From Felis catus (Eukaryota), in assembly GCF_018350175.1 (NCBI RefSeq), contig NC_058383.1, positions 7,194,001 to 7,254,000 on the forward strand: a DNA stretch of 60,000 nt. The letters are read 5' to 3'. The notes beneath the pieces are model-generated. The model saw only the letters and a list, made by a program, of their open reading frames with translations, searched no databases and was not told the origin of the DNA. Below, in pieces: positions 40,557-53,400 of this stretch. The position numbers were made by a program, and so were the translations under genes. Every line of letters starts with the position of its first letter. Position 1 is the first letter of the stretch.

Positions 40557-41146
40557 GGGGCCCCTGGGTGGCTCAGTCCGTCCCCCACTCTTGATTTTAT
40601 CTCAGGTCATGATTTCATGATTCATGGGATCAGGCCCCACGTTGGACTCTGTGGTGGCAGTGAGGAGCCTGCTTGGGATTCTCTCTCTCTGCCTCTCCCC
40701 AGTAGTGCTTTCTCTCCCTCTCTCCCTCCCTCTCTCTCTCTCTCTTTCAAAATAAATAAACATTTTAAAAATGTAAAAAAGGAGACTGTTCACAGAGATG
40801 TGACAGGTTGAATGAACCAGTAAGAGATGATGCTTGTTTATTTGTTAATATTGTTAATAATTGGGTGAACCTGTTAACATCAGCATTGGATTATGCAGAA
40901 ATGGTCCCTGGTAAATTCTTTTCAGCTTCCAGTTCATAAGGCTATTTAAAATTTTTAGCTTAGAGGCACGTGGGTGGCTCATTTGGTGAAGCATCTGACT
41001 CTTGATTTCAGCTCAGGTCATGGTCTCACACTTCATGAGATCGAGCCCTGCATCAGGCTCTGTGCTAACAGCATGGAGCTTGCTTGGGATTCTTTCCCTC
41101 TCTCTCTCTGCCTCTCTCTCAAAATAAGTAAATAAACTTAAAAAAA
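40557..41146 (+). mobile_element. Two CanSINEs in the last ZSCAN21 intron (40557-40780, 40963-41146)
   Basis: Heads, CT tracts and aaaataaataaa-type tails. Confidence 0.82.
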
Positions 41147-42159
41147 TTGTTTTTAGCTTATGTATTAGTTATTTCCCACACATAGTACATGGCAACTTTA
41201 GGGAAAATCTGTACGTGTAGCCAAGTGTGACTGCTCATCACAGAGAATGAAAGGGACTTTTATCTACTGCTGCTGGGGTCCCCAGCAGACAGGAAGTAGG
41301 GGGTGAACGTGGAAGGAAATAGATGGGTTGAGTGGAGAGAGAGAGCCAGGGACCAGGGAAGGGGCTGAGAGGAAAGTACCTTGTTGATTGAGGCTCTTGT
41401 ACTCACGGAGGGCTGACAGTTCTCACAGGGAGCCCGTGGTTCAGTGTGGATTTCTCTTAGTCCCCTTTTCCATGTATGTGGACAGATTAGATGGACTTGT
41501 AAGTGTTGCTGCCTAGTGCAGTGCTCTAAAGAAGATATATTGCTTCAATATAATTTCAGGAGTATTAACTTTAGAACTAAAAGAATTGTAAGACATAGCC
41601 ACTGTAGGTTACATGATGAGAGTCAGACTCTAATGGGAGGTTAGCACTTTCATTTAAATGAATAATGATCTGGGACTAGAATGATCGAATATGGACCGAA
41701 TGTCCTCTTTTGTTGCTTTTCCACTTCTGTGAGAAGGTGAGTTTGCCACTAGCCTGGTCTCCTTTATTACCCTTTTTATTTTCCTTAATCAACTTCAGCC
41801 ATTCAGTAATACTTCTTACTTGTTTCTTTCTGCCTGGGCATCACCATCTCCTTTGTTGCTGTCCCAGCAGCCTGGTTTTGCCTTACTGCCCTCTTTATGT
41901 GAAGATCTTCTCCTGGCAGAGAAGGCTGTGTACTCGTTATATCCTAACAACTACTAGTCGTGGCCTTGTGTGAAAGCCTGGTACTGTATACTAGATCTGA
42001 TGGTGACTGTGTATCTGTGATACTGTGACCCCTCACAGAGCGATACTTGGTCACCCTTTAAAACCCATCCACATCATCTGACATTTCAATTTCTCCTTTA
42101 ACAGTTGCTTCTCAGAACACAACACAACTGACATGTTCTTTTTCTACTTATTGTTTCAG

Positions 42160-42992
42160 ATCATAAATCAAACACCCAGAATGAGGAATCAACAGAGAAG
42201 CAGAAAAGTTCTGAAGAATCTCAAGAATTCAAAAGGGATATTATTCCTGTGATTATTACCAGTAAATGTGAGTCCAGGTTAGAAAGGCAGTGGGTAAACC
42301 TTGAAAAGGAAAGAGGAACAAAAACTCCTCTCCTAGACAAAGGTTCTAAGAAAGGCAGAGAATTGATTCCCGCTAAACCTACCCCAGGAGAGAGGCGTTA
42401 CATTTGTGCCGAGTGTGGAAAGGCCTTTAGTAATAGCTCAAATCTTACTAAACACCGGAGAACACACACTGGGGAGAAACCGTATGTGTGCACCAAATGT
42501 GGGAAAGCTTTCAGCCACAGTTCAAACCTCACCCTTCATTACAGAACACACTTGGTGGACCGGCCCTATGACTGTAAGTGTGGGAAAGCCTTTGGTCAGA
42601 GCTCAGACCTCCTTAAACATCAGCGAATGCACACTGAAGAGGCACCATATCAGTGTAAAGATTGTGGGAAAGCTTTCAGTGGTAAAGGCAGCCTCATTCG
42701 ACACTACCGGATACACACTGGGGAGAAACCTTACCAGTGTAACGAGTGCGGGAAGAGCTTTAGTCAGCACGCGGGTCTTAGTTCACACCAGAGACTCCAC
42801 ACTGGAGAGAAGCCATATAAATGTAAGGAGTGTGGGAAGGCCTTCAACCACAGCTCAAATTTTAATAAACATCATAGAATCCATACTGGGGAGAAGCCCT
42901 ATTGGTGTAATCATTGTGGAAAAACCTTCTGTAGTAAGTCCAATCTTTCCAAACATCAGAGGGTCCACACTGGAGAGGGAGAAGTGCTTTAA
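42160..42992 (+). CDS. ZSCAN21: ZSCAN21 last coding exon: spacer plus 7 C2H2 zinc fingers
   Basis: tttcag/(D)[10 protein letters not shown]...[24 protein letters not shown]...[17 protein letters not shown]. Spliced CDS 387+190+833 = 1410 nt = 469 aa. Confidence 0.97.
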
Positions 42993-43395
42993 GTGTTGAG
43001 CATGCTCTCTGAGTGGTTTTTGATTTTTCAAGTTTTAGCATACAGATCCTAGGGAGAAGCCTAGTAATTGCGCTATAAACTCTAGTGGTAGATTTTGTTT
43101 CACTCAACGTCAAGGGTGCCTGAGGAATGAGTGCTTGGGTGTTGGCACAGTGGGAAGGAGGTCCTGGAGGGCATCAGGGTACTCACTGCCCACTGGCCAG
43201 CTCGCTGGGACGGGGTCCCCCACCACACTTTGGGTCTCCTGAACCAGGCCGGCATTGCCTTTTGTATAGTTAAACTGAATATATCCAATATAATTAAGGA
43301 AGAAACACTGAAACTGTTTAACTGTTTTAACATATATTCAAGAAGTATGACTTGTAAAGAATTGAGCCACCTGAGCACAATTTAATCTGATTTGG

Positions 43396-43441
43396 AATAA
43401 ACTTGTAACATCTTGTAATGCCTCAGGACTGTTCAAATAAA
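43396..43441 (+). terminator. ZSCAN21: Candidate ZSCAN21 polyadenylation signals
   Basis: AATAAA at 43396-43401 and 43436-43441, about 0.4 kb after the stop, with GT-rich sequence downstream. Confidence 0.6.
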
Positions 43442-44156
43442 TGGTATGTCAGTTATTGAACACTATTCTAGAGAGAGGAAACTGTTCCTGCCTGGTTGTA
43501 GCTCTTGGAAAATTTGGATTTGAGGTCATTAGAACTTTCAGTGCTTGTGAAGGTGCGTATTGGGAAGTCAGGGTAGAGCAGCTAGAGTACCTGCCTCTTG
43601 GGCTGTGTTGCGCTTAATTTTTTTTTCTGCACACTGGACACATTTTTTCATCACTGGAAACATTCATCGGCCTCGTGTGCATTTTGATTGTGTATATATA
43701 TTCTGCCTCTACCGAAGTCTGAAAATCTGACTCTGAAACTTCCTTCTAAACTCTGCAAGTCAGTAATATACAACAGGATTCCTTCTAGCCCATACTGTCT
43801 GTTCCCTGACTGTCGTCAGGTGAGATTTTTGCACAGTCTCCAAGCACAGAGAAGCTACTCTCTTACAGCAGGGGGGAAGGGAGATGTGTCTGTTAGGCTG
43901 GAGGGTTCTGGGGAATTTGGGGTTTGAGGTCCTCAGACACACCTACCCAGATGTCCCATGCATCAGGATCTGAATCTTTCCCAATCAGGGCCCAGAATTT
44001 TGGCATAAATGACTTGGCGTGGTTTTGCATTTAGCTTTCTTTGCAGTTCTGACCCCCTCGCAATAAACCGTGTGCCTGGTTTTCAGGCCAGTCTGCTCTC
44101 GCTGCGGATGGGATCACTGATCCCTCCCATGGGTGACTTTGGCTTCCACAACATGC

Positions 44157-44236
44157 CCTGAAGTGATAGTTGGCTGAACTAAGCCTATAATTTTCTCCTG
44201 AAGTGATAGTTGGCTGAACTAAGCCTATAATTTTCT
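44157..44236. repeat. Perfect 40-bp tandem duplication
   Basis: cctgaagtgatagttggctgaactaagcctataattttct x2. Confidence 0.95.
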
Positions 44237-45407
44237 TTCTTCAAAGCTTGAGAAACTCCGCGGTCCTAATAATTGCCACTATCCCAGTAATGTTCACGTT
44301 CTGGGACTATTCCAGAAGCTAATGCTTCCCCTTCTACCTGTACCTCATCTCTTACTAGAACTAGTGAGAATCTCGGTAATTCCATGGTATAGCATGCCAG
44401 GGTTATCACTACTGCACTGGTTACCAGGCTCCTCTTACTAACCATCTGACCAGTGAGTGACCTGTCCCAAAGTCGCATCCTGATGGCTCGGTTTCTAGGG
44501 CCACTTCCAGCACTGACTGTTAACAGTTTGCATTTCCCTAAAACAGTCTGATACAAGGACTTGAAGGCCTAGAGTTTATTTAGGGAGGTGATTCAAGAAA
44601 GCCAGGTATGAGGGAGCAGGAAGGGAAGGGGGGAGAAAAGCCAGTAATGGGCTTCTGTAGGGAACTACAGCTCAAATCTACTGAACAGAACAAGCTAACA
44701 AATGGGAGAAACTGGGAATACGGGAGCTCTGCTCGAGTCTCAGTGCCCACCTGTGGTTAGGTGGAGTGCCTGCTTGGCTCTAGGAGAGTGGTTGAATCCT
44801 GGTGGGCCAGGAAGAACACTGCCACCAGGGGGCTTTCAGACTGTCTTGGTCTGAAGGTGCTTGTGAGCATACCACCCCCCATATCACACAGATAAACTTA
44901 TAGGACTTACATTTGGATTCTAGATAAATAACATTTGGGGCATGCTTCTACTAAAAAATTTATTCAGTGTGTATCTGAAATTCAAATCTCCCCGGGCATC
45001 CTGCATCTTACCTGGCAGTCTTACCCCTGGCATTTGTGGGCAGCAGTCCTTCCAACCCTTTGTCTCCCCAAACTCCTCGATTCTCTGATGAATCCAGGGG
45101 ACTCAGTTACACCAATAGAATGTATATATGCTGATGAGGTGACAGCTTTGTGCATCCCAGGAAACACGTTGTGACTTTATCCATTCTTCTAGAATAATCT
45201 CTTAAGGGCTAGCCTGGAATCAGGGCAGCAGCTCTTGCAGCCCTTCTCTTTGGTGGAGACTGTCCACTACTAGGAGAGAGAAAGGTGATACCTATCTTGA
45301 GATAGGAAATAACACAGTGGTCTCCACATTTCTATGTAATGGCTTAATTTTACCCCAGCTAGTCTACCTACAGTGACTTAAAATACAGTTCAAGTATATG
45401 ATACAAA

Positions 45408-47210
45408 GGGCACCTGGGTGGCTGGCGCAGTTGGTTAAACGTCAGGTCATGAACTTATGGTTCATTAATTCAAGCCCTGCATCGGTCTCTGTGCTGACAG
45501 CTCAGAGCCGGGAGCCTGCTTCAGATTCTGTGTCTCCCCCTGTCTGCCCCTCCCCCACTCACGCTCTATTGCTCTCTTAAAAATAAACATTAAAAAAAAT
45601 TAATAAAGTGTATGATACAAAAACATGATTTTAGATGAATAAGCCAATTTTGACTCTAATACTACATTTGTGATATCAGCCAATACACACATTTCAATCA
45701 TTTTTTCCAACTTTTTAAAGTTGTAAAATACACAAAATTTACCTTGTTATATACCTTAAATATATAACTTGTTAAAGGTATATATATATAAACTTTAAAT
45801 TTATACCAAGCTAATAGAAAATATCTCATTTTAATTTTTAAAATGTGTGATGGTGAACATGTGTTTTTCTTATCTTTATTGGCCAGTTGCTTTTCTTTTT
45901 GTGAAATGTCTCCTTGTATTCTTTGTCTTGTTTCTGTTGAGTTGTTCGTCTTTGTCTTCTTGATTTATGAAAGCTCTTTATATGTTAAAAACCTTAGGAC
46001 CTTTTCTGTCATGTGTTAGAATATTTCTAAAAATTTTTTTTTGATAGCAAGTGCGAGCAGGGAAGGGGCAGAGAGAAAGGGAGAGAGAGAATCTCAGTCA
46101 GGCTCCACACCCAGCACAGAGCCTGACACAGGGCTTGGTCCCATGACCATGAGATCATGACCTGAGTCAAAATCAAGAGTCAGAAGCTTAATCGACTGAG
46201 CCACCCACGTGCCCCTCAAATTTTTTATATATACTTTTCATAGTATTTTCCCAGTACTTTATTTTTAATGGCATTTATTTAAATAATAACAAATTAGGGG
46301 CTCCTGAGTGGCTCAGTCGGTTAAGCATCCAACTCTTGATTTCCACTCAGGTCATGATCTCGAGATGAGCGGGATCGAGCCCCAGGGGCTCTGCGCTGAT
46401 AGGGGGGAGCCTGCTTGAGTTTCTCTCTTTGTCCCTCTCTCTCTGCCCCTCCCCTGCTCACCGTGCGTGTGTGTACAGGTGCCTGCACTCTCAAACATTT
46501 TTAAAGAATGAAGATGGTATTCCAGTAAAAGGTAAAGGAAGGAGTATAGTTGTGGAATTAAGAATTTAAGTAAAACTGGATTGGCAGTATGAATATTAAC
46601 TCATTTCTTCACAATAAGAAAAATTTAATACCTATCTTTTTAAATTTCTGTCCATGAGCAACTACCCAGAAATAACGGGAACCCCGAGATGAATATTTTT
46701 CTTTTCCCTTAACCCTGCACCAGTGTTCCTTGGAGAAATAGCTAGTTGTACAAAGAGAAAAATAAGGTGAGCCTGCCAATTTTGTTGTACCAAAAGCTTT
46801 CATATTTAATGAGGTTATATTGAAATGACATAAGGATCAACCTAAAATGAGTTCACATTGGCCAAAATAGTGACAATTTGAGCATCAAAGAGAATATTGG
46901 CTGAGGTTGATTGTCATATATTTAGTCCAAAAAGCCAGAGTCTACAATGATTAACAAAAATAAAAAAGTTGGTATCAAGTATTCTAAAAGAATGGCCATT
47001 GGAGGGGCACCTGGGTGGCTCAGTCAGTTGGTTATGTGTCTGACTTCACCTCAGGTCATGAACTCAAGGTCATAAGTTCAAGCCCCACGTCAGGCTCTGT
47101 GCTGACAGCCTGGAGCCTGCTTCGGATTCTGTGCGTCTTCTCTGCCCCTCCCTGACTCACCTTCTGTCTGTCTGTCTGTCTGTCTGTCTGTGTCTCTCAA
47201 AAATAAACAG
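45408..47210. mobile_element. Four intergenic CanSINEs (45408-45600 +, 46035-46215 -, 46297-46500 +, 47004-47210 +)
   Basis: Recognisable SINE heads and tails; coordinates approximate. Confidence 0.78.
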
Positions 47211-49424
47211 TAAAACTAATAATAATAAAAGAGTGGCCATTGGAATCTCTTCCAGAATGAGAAGTAGTTCTGTTGATTCTTGTTATTCAAACACATTGGT
47301 TTTATGGACTACTTTACAATATTGATGAGGATAGAAATTAATAATTTAAAATAATCGATGAGGAAGTATTTTCTGACTCAAAGGAAACAGCAAAAAGACT
47401 GTAAGTTTCAATCTTGAGTTAGGCAAAGCCATGCAAAATAGGCAAATACAAATTTAAGTCTCCTTAAGAACTTCATGGTTTTACTAACATGAAAGAATGG
47501 AAGATCCCGTAAAGTCCCAAAGTCACTAAAGTTACATTTCTTAGGATCCTGTCAAATTAAAGAATTCGGGGAAAGAAGTGTACCTACTTATTCCCGCGGG
47601 AGCTGCAGAATTCTATTAAAGAAGAATGTGAACACATGTATAACGAATTCAGGGAAGTGAGCTAAGTATCACTCCCCTTGATTTCAACAAGTACAGTTTC
47701 AGTGGAGATAGGGTTGCCAGATTAAATGCAGAGTGACCTGTTAAATTTGAGTTTCAGGTGAGCAACAAATAATTTTTAATATAATAATAATGTCTCATGC
47801 AATATCTGGGGCATAGTTTATATATATATTTGAGGGCATATTGGAAGGAAACAAAGAATTCCATAAATATTTACTTCCTTATTTGTTAGTTATTGCACAG
47901 TTGTTGTTGAACACCTGCTAAGTGTCAGGCAGTTCTAGATTTTGGAGGATTACCGTGCCAGATGAGACGGTCAGTGTCCCTGCTCTCAGAGACTCTGGTG
48001 AGGGCTGGAGGAGAGGGAATACTGATAATGAGAAGTAGACAGATCCACAAAATAATTCCAGCCACTAATAGTGGAATATTTTTAAATAGATTAGAAATTG
48101 TATTTTCAAGTGTTTCCTGGGTGCATATTTAAGAGGCTTTATGGGGGACAATTATTTTGTTATTGTTGATTGAAGTATACAAATAGCAAGTGCACAAACC
48201 TGAAGTGTACACCCCATATATAGTGAGATAAAGTCTTTTATGTATATTCATGCCTCTGATTGCAGATGCAAAAGTTGACTGAAACAAAAAATTAAAATTG
48301 TATTCAAAATCCATAAAACTAAAGTGTAGAAATTTAAACTCTTTTAGCCCCTGGTATAGATTTAATCACCAACTTATAGGAAATATAAGGGCCTGAAGAA
48401 CATGTAATAGGACAATGCAGGGAGACAGGTGACTTCAGACAGTGGGAAACTGCAGGATAAATCATCCTTTTTATTAAATCACAAGGAAGAAAAATAAGAT
48501 GAAAAGAGAATTCATAGATTAAAAGAAACTTAAGATCCATATCATCTGATCTCAATATTGACCTTATTTGGATCACAATTCAAACAGAATTATAACAAAT
48601 TAAAAATTTTGAGGCAATGAGGGAAACTTGGTCACTGGCTCCATATATAATATTTTAAAAGTTATTAAATATTTTAGATGTGGTAATGGTATCAGTTATT
48701 TTTCCAAGAGTCCTTATATAGGCAATTATAACGAAATATTTACAGATAAACATGTCTGGGGGTTGCTTCAAAATAATCAGGAGGAGCATGTGTGGGATTG
48801 TAGATGAAATAAGGTCAGTATTTTATTGATAACTGATTAACATAATTTGCTGCAAAAAATTAAATATAAACAAATTTAATTAATACTGGATTTTGTATGA
48901 ATGCAAGGCTTTAAAATTTTCTCCTGGTTTGGGTTATCATTATAACTATTACTTCACAATTGAGAAAAATATAAACATATAACAAATCTGATCTATGATT
49001 AATAAACAAAAAGTTATGTTTATTAGAATTTACCCCACTGAGATTGAGGGAACTGTCTTGCTTTTCTCAATAGATGGGCATTACCTACTACTAGAATAAA
49101 GTATTAAATCTATTCCTACTTTTGCTTTTTCTTTTTAAAATTTTCTTCCTTTTTAAAGCTTTTTTTTTTTTTTAAAGACCAGCATGGGGCTTGAACGCAC
49201 AACCGCACAACCAGAGATCAAGAGTTGCATACTCTAGAGACTGAGCCAGCCAGGCACCACCCCCTACTTTTGCTTTTATAGACGTAAATATTGGGAAATC
49301 CTGCCCACATAGAGGAGATGAGTGGCAAAAGGAATATAGTTATAGCAGTGTTGATTTTACATGGCAAAATCACACTGTGATTTACAACAGAAATGGTTTT
49401 GTCCTCTCCTTTTACTGGAGGGAA

Positions 49425-49911
49425 GTTATGGGAAATAGGTTTAAAAATTCTCTATGCTTACACAAATGGGTTAAAAAGGCATAGGGTGGAAAGCCGCCTT
49501 AACAGGACCAAAACATCCGAGAACAGCTAATGATACACAGGCCATAATGGAATCTTGAGTGACTTAGGGTTCTCAGGATAGCATGCTCCATTTATCTTAG
49601 TCCTTAGAAAAGACACATAACCAGATGCAGGGCCTGCAGGAAATGGCCATCTGTGTAGCACCGAGAGGTTATGTTTTGACCCTAACCTCTAACAACGTGT
49701 GTCCCTGAGACCCTTTATCTCTCACACACAAGTTAATGATTACTGTTTTACTTTCTGCACGTCCATCACATATCTAAGCTTTCAAGATCCTAATAAATAT
49801 GGAGAAAGGACCCTTACTCAGGGCTCTTGTCTCCCCATAGACATTAGCCTCTTTAATTCTGTGCCCACTTTCTTGCTGGACAAGAGAACTCCAGACTCAT
49901 AGTCTGAGACA
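49425..49911 (+). mobile_element. Solo LTR (family shared with 32492-33030)
   Basis: Flanked by a GGAA 4-bp duplication. Shares ttctctatgctt...aatgggtta...tagggtggaaagcc and gacattagcctct...cttgctggacaagaga...ctccagactca with the other copy. Confidence 0.75.
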
Positions 49912-50175
49912 GGAAATAATAGGAAACCACTTGAATCACAAAGGATTTGTTCACCTAATCCTTACTGGCAGCAGTATTTCAAGTGAATCCTTTTGCTTGG
50001 TACCCCAAAAGGTTTGACACCCCAGATCAATACATCACTGTAAGATTTGGGGGTAAAGAAGCCTAACTATCTTCTACCAGGAGGGAAGATGACTGTGAAG
50101 GAGGGCACCCTGGCCATAGGGATGTTTTCCAAGGGAGCGATTTTAAAGATGTACAGATAGAAAATGTAAGACTCT

Positions 50176-50393
50176 GGGGGCACCTGGGTGGCTCAGTCAG
50201 TTAAGCGTCCGACTTCGGCTCAGGTCATGATCTTGCGGTTCGTGAGTTCAAGCCCTGCGTCAGGCTCTGTGCTGATGGCTCAGAGCCTGGAGCCTGTTTC
50301 AGATTCTGTGTCTCCTTCTCTCTCTGACCCTCCCCCATTCATGCTCTGTCTCTCTCTGTCTCAAAAATAAATAAACGTTAAAAAAAAAAAAAA
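50176..50393 (+). mobile_element. CanSINE with TSD
   Basis: TSD agaaaatgtaagactctgg on both sides. Confidence 0.9.
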
Positions 50394-51609
50394 AGAAAAT
50401 GTAAGACTCTGGAAATTGAATCTCTCAAAACTAGCTGTCTACACACACTCTCTGAGAATATTTGTGTTCTCCATCCCCCATCCCTACCTGCCAGGTTGCT
50501 CATATCCTTGTCTGAAGACTGGTATAGTCTGACACGAAACCCCCCAGTGAGGCCACTAGTGCATGCCCTCCTGTTGACTTTTGGGAAGGCTTACCTTTTT
50601 ACTCCATTTTTTCTCTTTGTTTTAGGTAAAAGCTTTACAAAATTCAGCTACTTTCTTTCCCACCTTGGTGAACTGCTTTGAAAGTCCCTTAGGTGATTCA
50701 TGGCACTGTAGAGATCATGGACTCAGAAGAATAATCATTAAGAGTGTGGCATTTGAGAACTAGCTGAGAACTACCCAAGTGGCTGGGCTCTGGGGCAAAT
50801 GCCCACGTAAATTACAAATTGACTTCTGAGCCCCAGAGTAATAGAGCTGATTGCATTGAAGGTGCTGGTTGTCTAAGAGCTGTTCCCCTTGGATTGGCAT
50901 TAGGAGACCTTTTACAGAACAATCCCATTTTGAAGAGACTCCCTCTATTTCCACCTTTCCCTGTTCTGCTTGCCACTGCCTCCTTCCATAGCTCTTGAAC
51001 TTCTTGTCCCTGAGGTTAGGAGTGGAAGAAAACAGAATGAAGAGATTAAAAAACAAACAAACAAACAAACAAACAAAAAAAAAACAGGGTTTGTGTGTGT
51101 TTGTTTTGTTTTGGTGGGGGGTGTGGGTGGGTATTGAGTTTACTGAGTGGCTTGGATATGCCAAGTATTTGCTCAAAATCTCACTGTGGTCTAGAAGGAC
51201 TGGGTATGGGCCCCACCCTTCTCAGGCCACGCACAAGTTATATGCGTTACTAGTGCATTGTTCTGTCCTGCCTCCAGGCCTTTTGCCCTGGCTGTTCCCT
51301 CTGTTGCACCTCCCTTCCCCTCCAGGGCCTGCAACACTTCTGGAAAGTCTCCTTTCCCTAGCACTTATCATGTTTTCCTGGAATTGGTTATTTAAATTAT
51401 GGCTCTTAGACTGCAAGTCAGTGGAGAGTAAGTTCTGTTGCAATCGCAGAGCTGACCATGGGCACCATAAATACTGGATGTAGTGAAAGCTGGGATCAAA
51501 TGGGAGGCAGGGCTACAAGGGGAGTCAGGAGGGCCCTCGTTGAGCAGGATATCACAAGGTCTCGTTTTTTGTAAGGATTTGATTCCAGACACTTACAGGG
51601 ATCCTCCAG

Positions 51610-52206
51610 TGAGGGCATAAAAGTGAGGGAAACGGGAAGCCTCCCCCTCATTCCTTCTGAGAGGCCTGAGAAAATTAAAACTTAAAAGCTTAAGTTATGG
51701 GAAACTGAAACCTAACCAAGCTTAACCAGCTTGTGCCGCTTCTGTACAATTGCTTGGCGCGCCCATGTATTCCTGATCAATCATTATTGCCTGGCACATC
51801 CGTATATTCTTGATCAACCATTGTTACTTGGCACATCCGTGTACTCCTGATCAATCATTGTTGCTTGGCACATCCGTGTATTCCTGATCAATCATTGTGA
51901 CACCCGTACCCCCGGTTGTGGTCTGACCTAAAGGCAGGAACCAATTGAATACTGTTAAGTGTCCAACTTTAAACACCAACCAATCACAGCTCTGTAACTG
52001 TGGAAAATTCCTGATTTCCCCATGACTTGTTTGTACCTGTCTATAAAAGGGGTGTAAAAACCTCTCTCAGGGCCTCTTGGCGTCACCGGCAACGGGGGGC
52101 GCAGAGGTCCAGGTTCGAACCTGCAATAAATGACCCTTGCTGCTTAGCTTTGACTCTGGACTCTGGTGGTTCGTTTTTGGGGGTCTCTTAGACTCTGGGC
52201 ATTTCA
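51610..52206 (+). mobile_element. Solo retroviral LTR (gamma/ERV1-like) with 4 x 37-bp enhancer repeats
   Basis: TG...TTTCA termini; tandem repeats 51750-51897; CCAAT 51980; TATAAA 52042; AATAAA 52125, all in U3-R-U5 order. No clean TSD found, so the ends are approximate. Confidence 0.8.
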
Positions 52207-52499
52207 CTTCAAGCATTTCACACATTTGGTACCTGCAGGGGGGCTTCGCCTGTTTTGTTTTCTTCGGATGCATCCATCGGTAACTTCCCCGACTTTTCTC
52301 TCCCATCAACTTGGGCAGGTTTTGTCTTTACGGTAACTCTCTGACGGGCTGCAATGGCTTCTTCAGATTTTAGTAATTTAAAGGGGGCATTTTTACATGA
52401 AACAAACACAAAACTTGGTTTTTGAAGCATCAACTTGGTTTATTTGGGAATTTCAAATAAAGGTGATTTTTTTTTTTTTTTTCTATTGATGAATCCTTC

Positions 52500-53400
52500 G
52501 AAAGTCTTGCTTTTTGCAGCGGGTCGGCTCGGGACCCTAGTCGCTGGGGCAAGGTGCGCTCTCCCCTGCCTTCGGCAGCTCGTGGGGGACCCCGGCCGCC
52601 CCCACCGCCTGCTCGGGGTCAGCAGCACCCGAGCACGCTCTCAGAGGCCGAGGTACGCGGCTCTTCGCCTGGCCCAGCCAACAGGGGGCGCGGCGGTGGG
52701 TGGGCCGGAAAGCCAGGGCCGGTATGGGCAAGGGCGCCAAACCACCGAGAGGAGAACACCTCCCATGTTCCTAGAGAGAACAAGCGGGCGCGGAGGGGCC
52801 ACGGGGGATAGCGTGGGCGGTGAAAAGCGCCGACCCGGAAGCGAAACAGAGAGAACTTCCGTTCTTTGTTCTGTCCCGGTGTGTGGGTCTGTGACAGGGT
52901 CCGACACGGCCTGGTCCGTGTCCGGCTCCCCAGATCTCCCGTCCTTGCCCCCAGGGTGAGTCCGGCCGCCCGCGGGGCTCGCGGTGAGACGGAGACTGTG
53001 GTCGCCGGGGAAGGGGGTGGTGTCCGCGCCGCTGCGGCCCGCGGGGCCCCCAGGCCCGCCCGGAGCAGGGCGCCGGGACGCGCCGCTCCGTCCCCCGCAG
53101 CCGGTCCTGGACTCCGCTTCCCCCGGGGCTTCCTTCCTCCAAACGGGGCCCTGCCAGGACGGGAGGAAAGGGGCTCCGGTTCTGGTTTTGTGACTTTGCC
53201 CAGTTCGAGCACTTAAAAGTTCCAGTATGGCTGTAAACGGGTCCCTCTCTTTAGAACAGCTGATGACAGCGCCCCTAACTTGGTAACTCTCCCAGACGCT
53301 TTTATTTGTTGTTGACGCGGTTGTTCGCGCCAGCGGCAGGGGAAGTCTATTTTTACTTACACGGGTCTGAGGATCTGAGGAGTTCAACGAAGTATTCGCA
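52500..53400 (+). promoter_or_regulatory. ZNF3: CpG-island promoter and non-coding exon 1 of ZNF3
   Basis: CpG-dense island; opposed ETS sites CCGGAAG 52835-52841 and ACTTCCG 52855-52861; donor CAGG/gtgagt at 52956. Confidence 0.85.

Noticed and set aside
42560..42635. Atypical ZSCAN21 finger 3 (YDCKCGKAF) and non-canonical linkers LVDRPY/TEEAPY
   Set aside because: Matches the recalled human ZSCAN21 sequence, so it is a conserved feature and not a lesion.
51750..51897. Four 37-bp repeats superficially like a CRISPR array
   Set aside because: The units are head-to-tail with no unique spacers, sit inside an LTR U3 region in a mammalian genome, and have no cas genes nearby.
52207..52250. catttggtacc after the LTR as a possible primer-binding site
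   Set aside because: I could not match it to a tRNA 3' end, and no gag leader or ORF follows; treated as a solo LTR.
52435..53387. Several long ORFs on both strands (up to 248 aa); likewise at 29296-29914
   Set aside because: Stop-poor GC-rich CpG islands with no recognisable domains.
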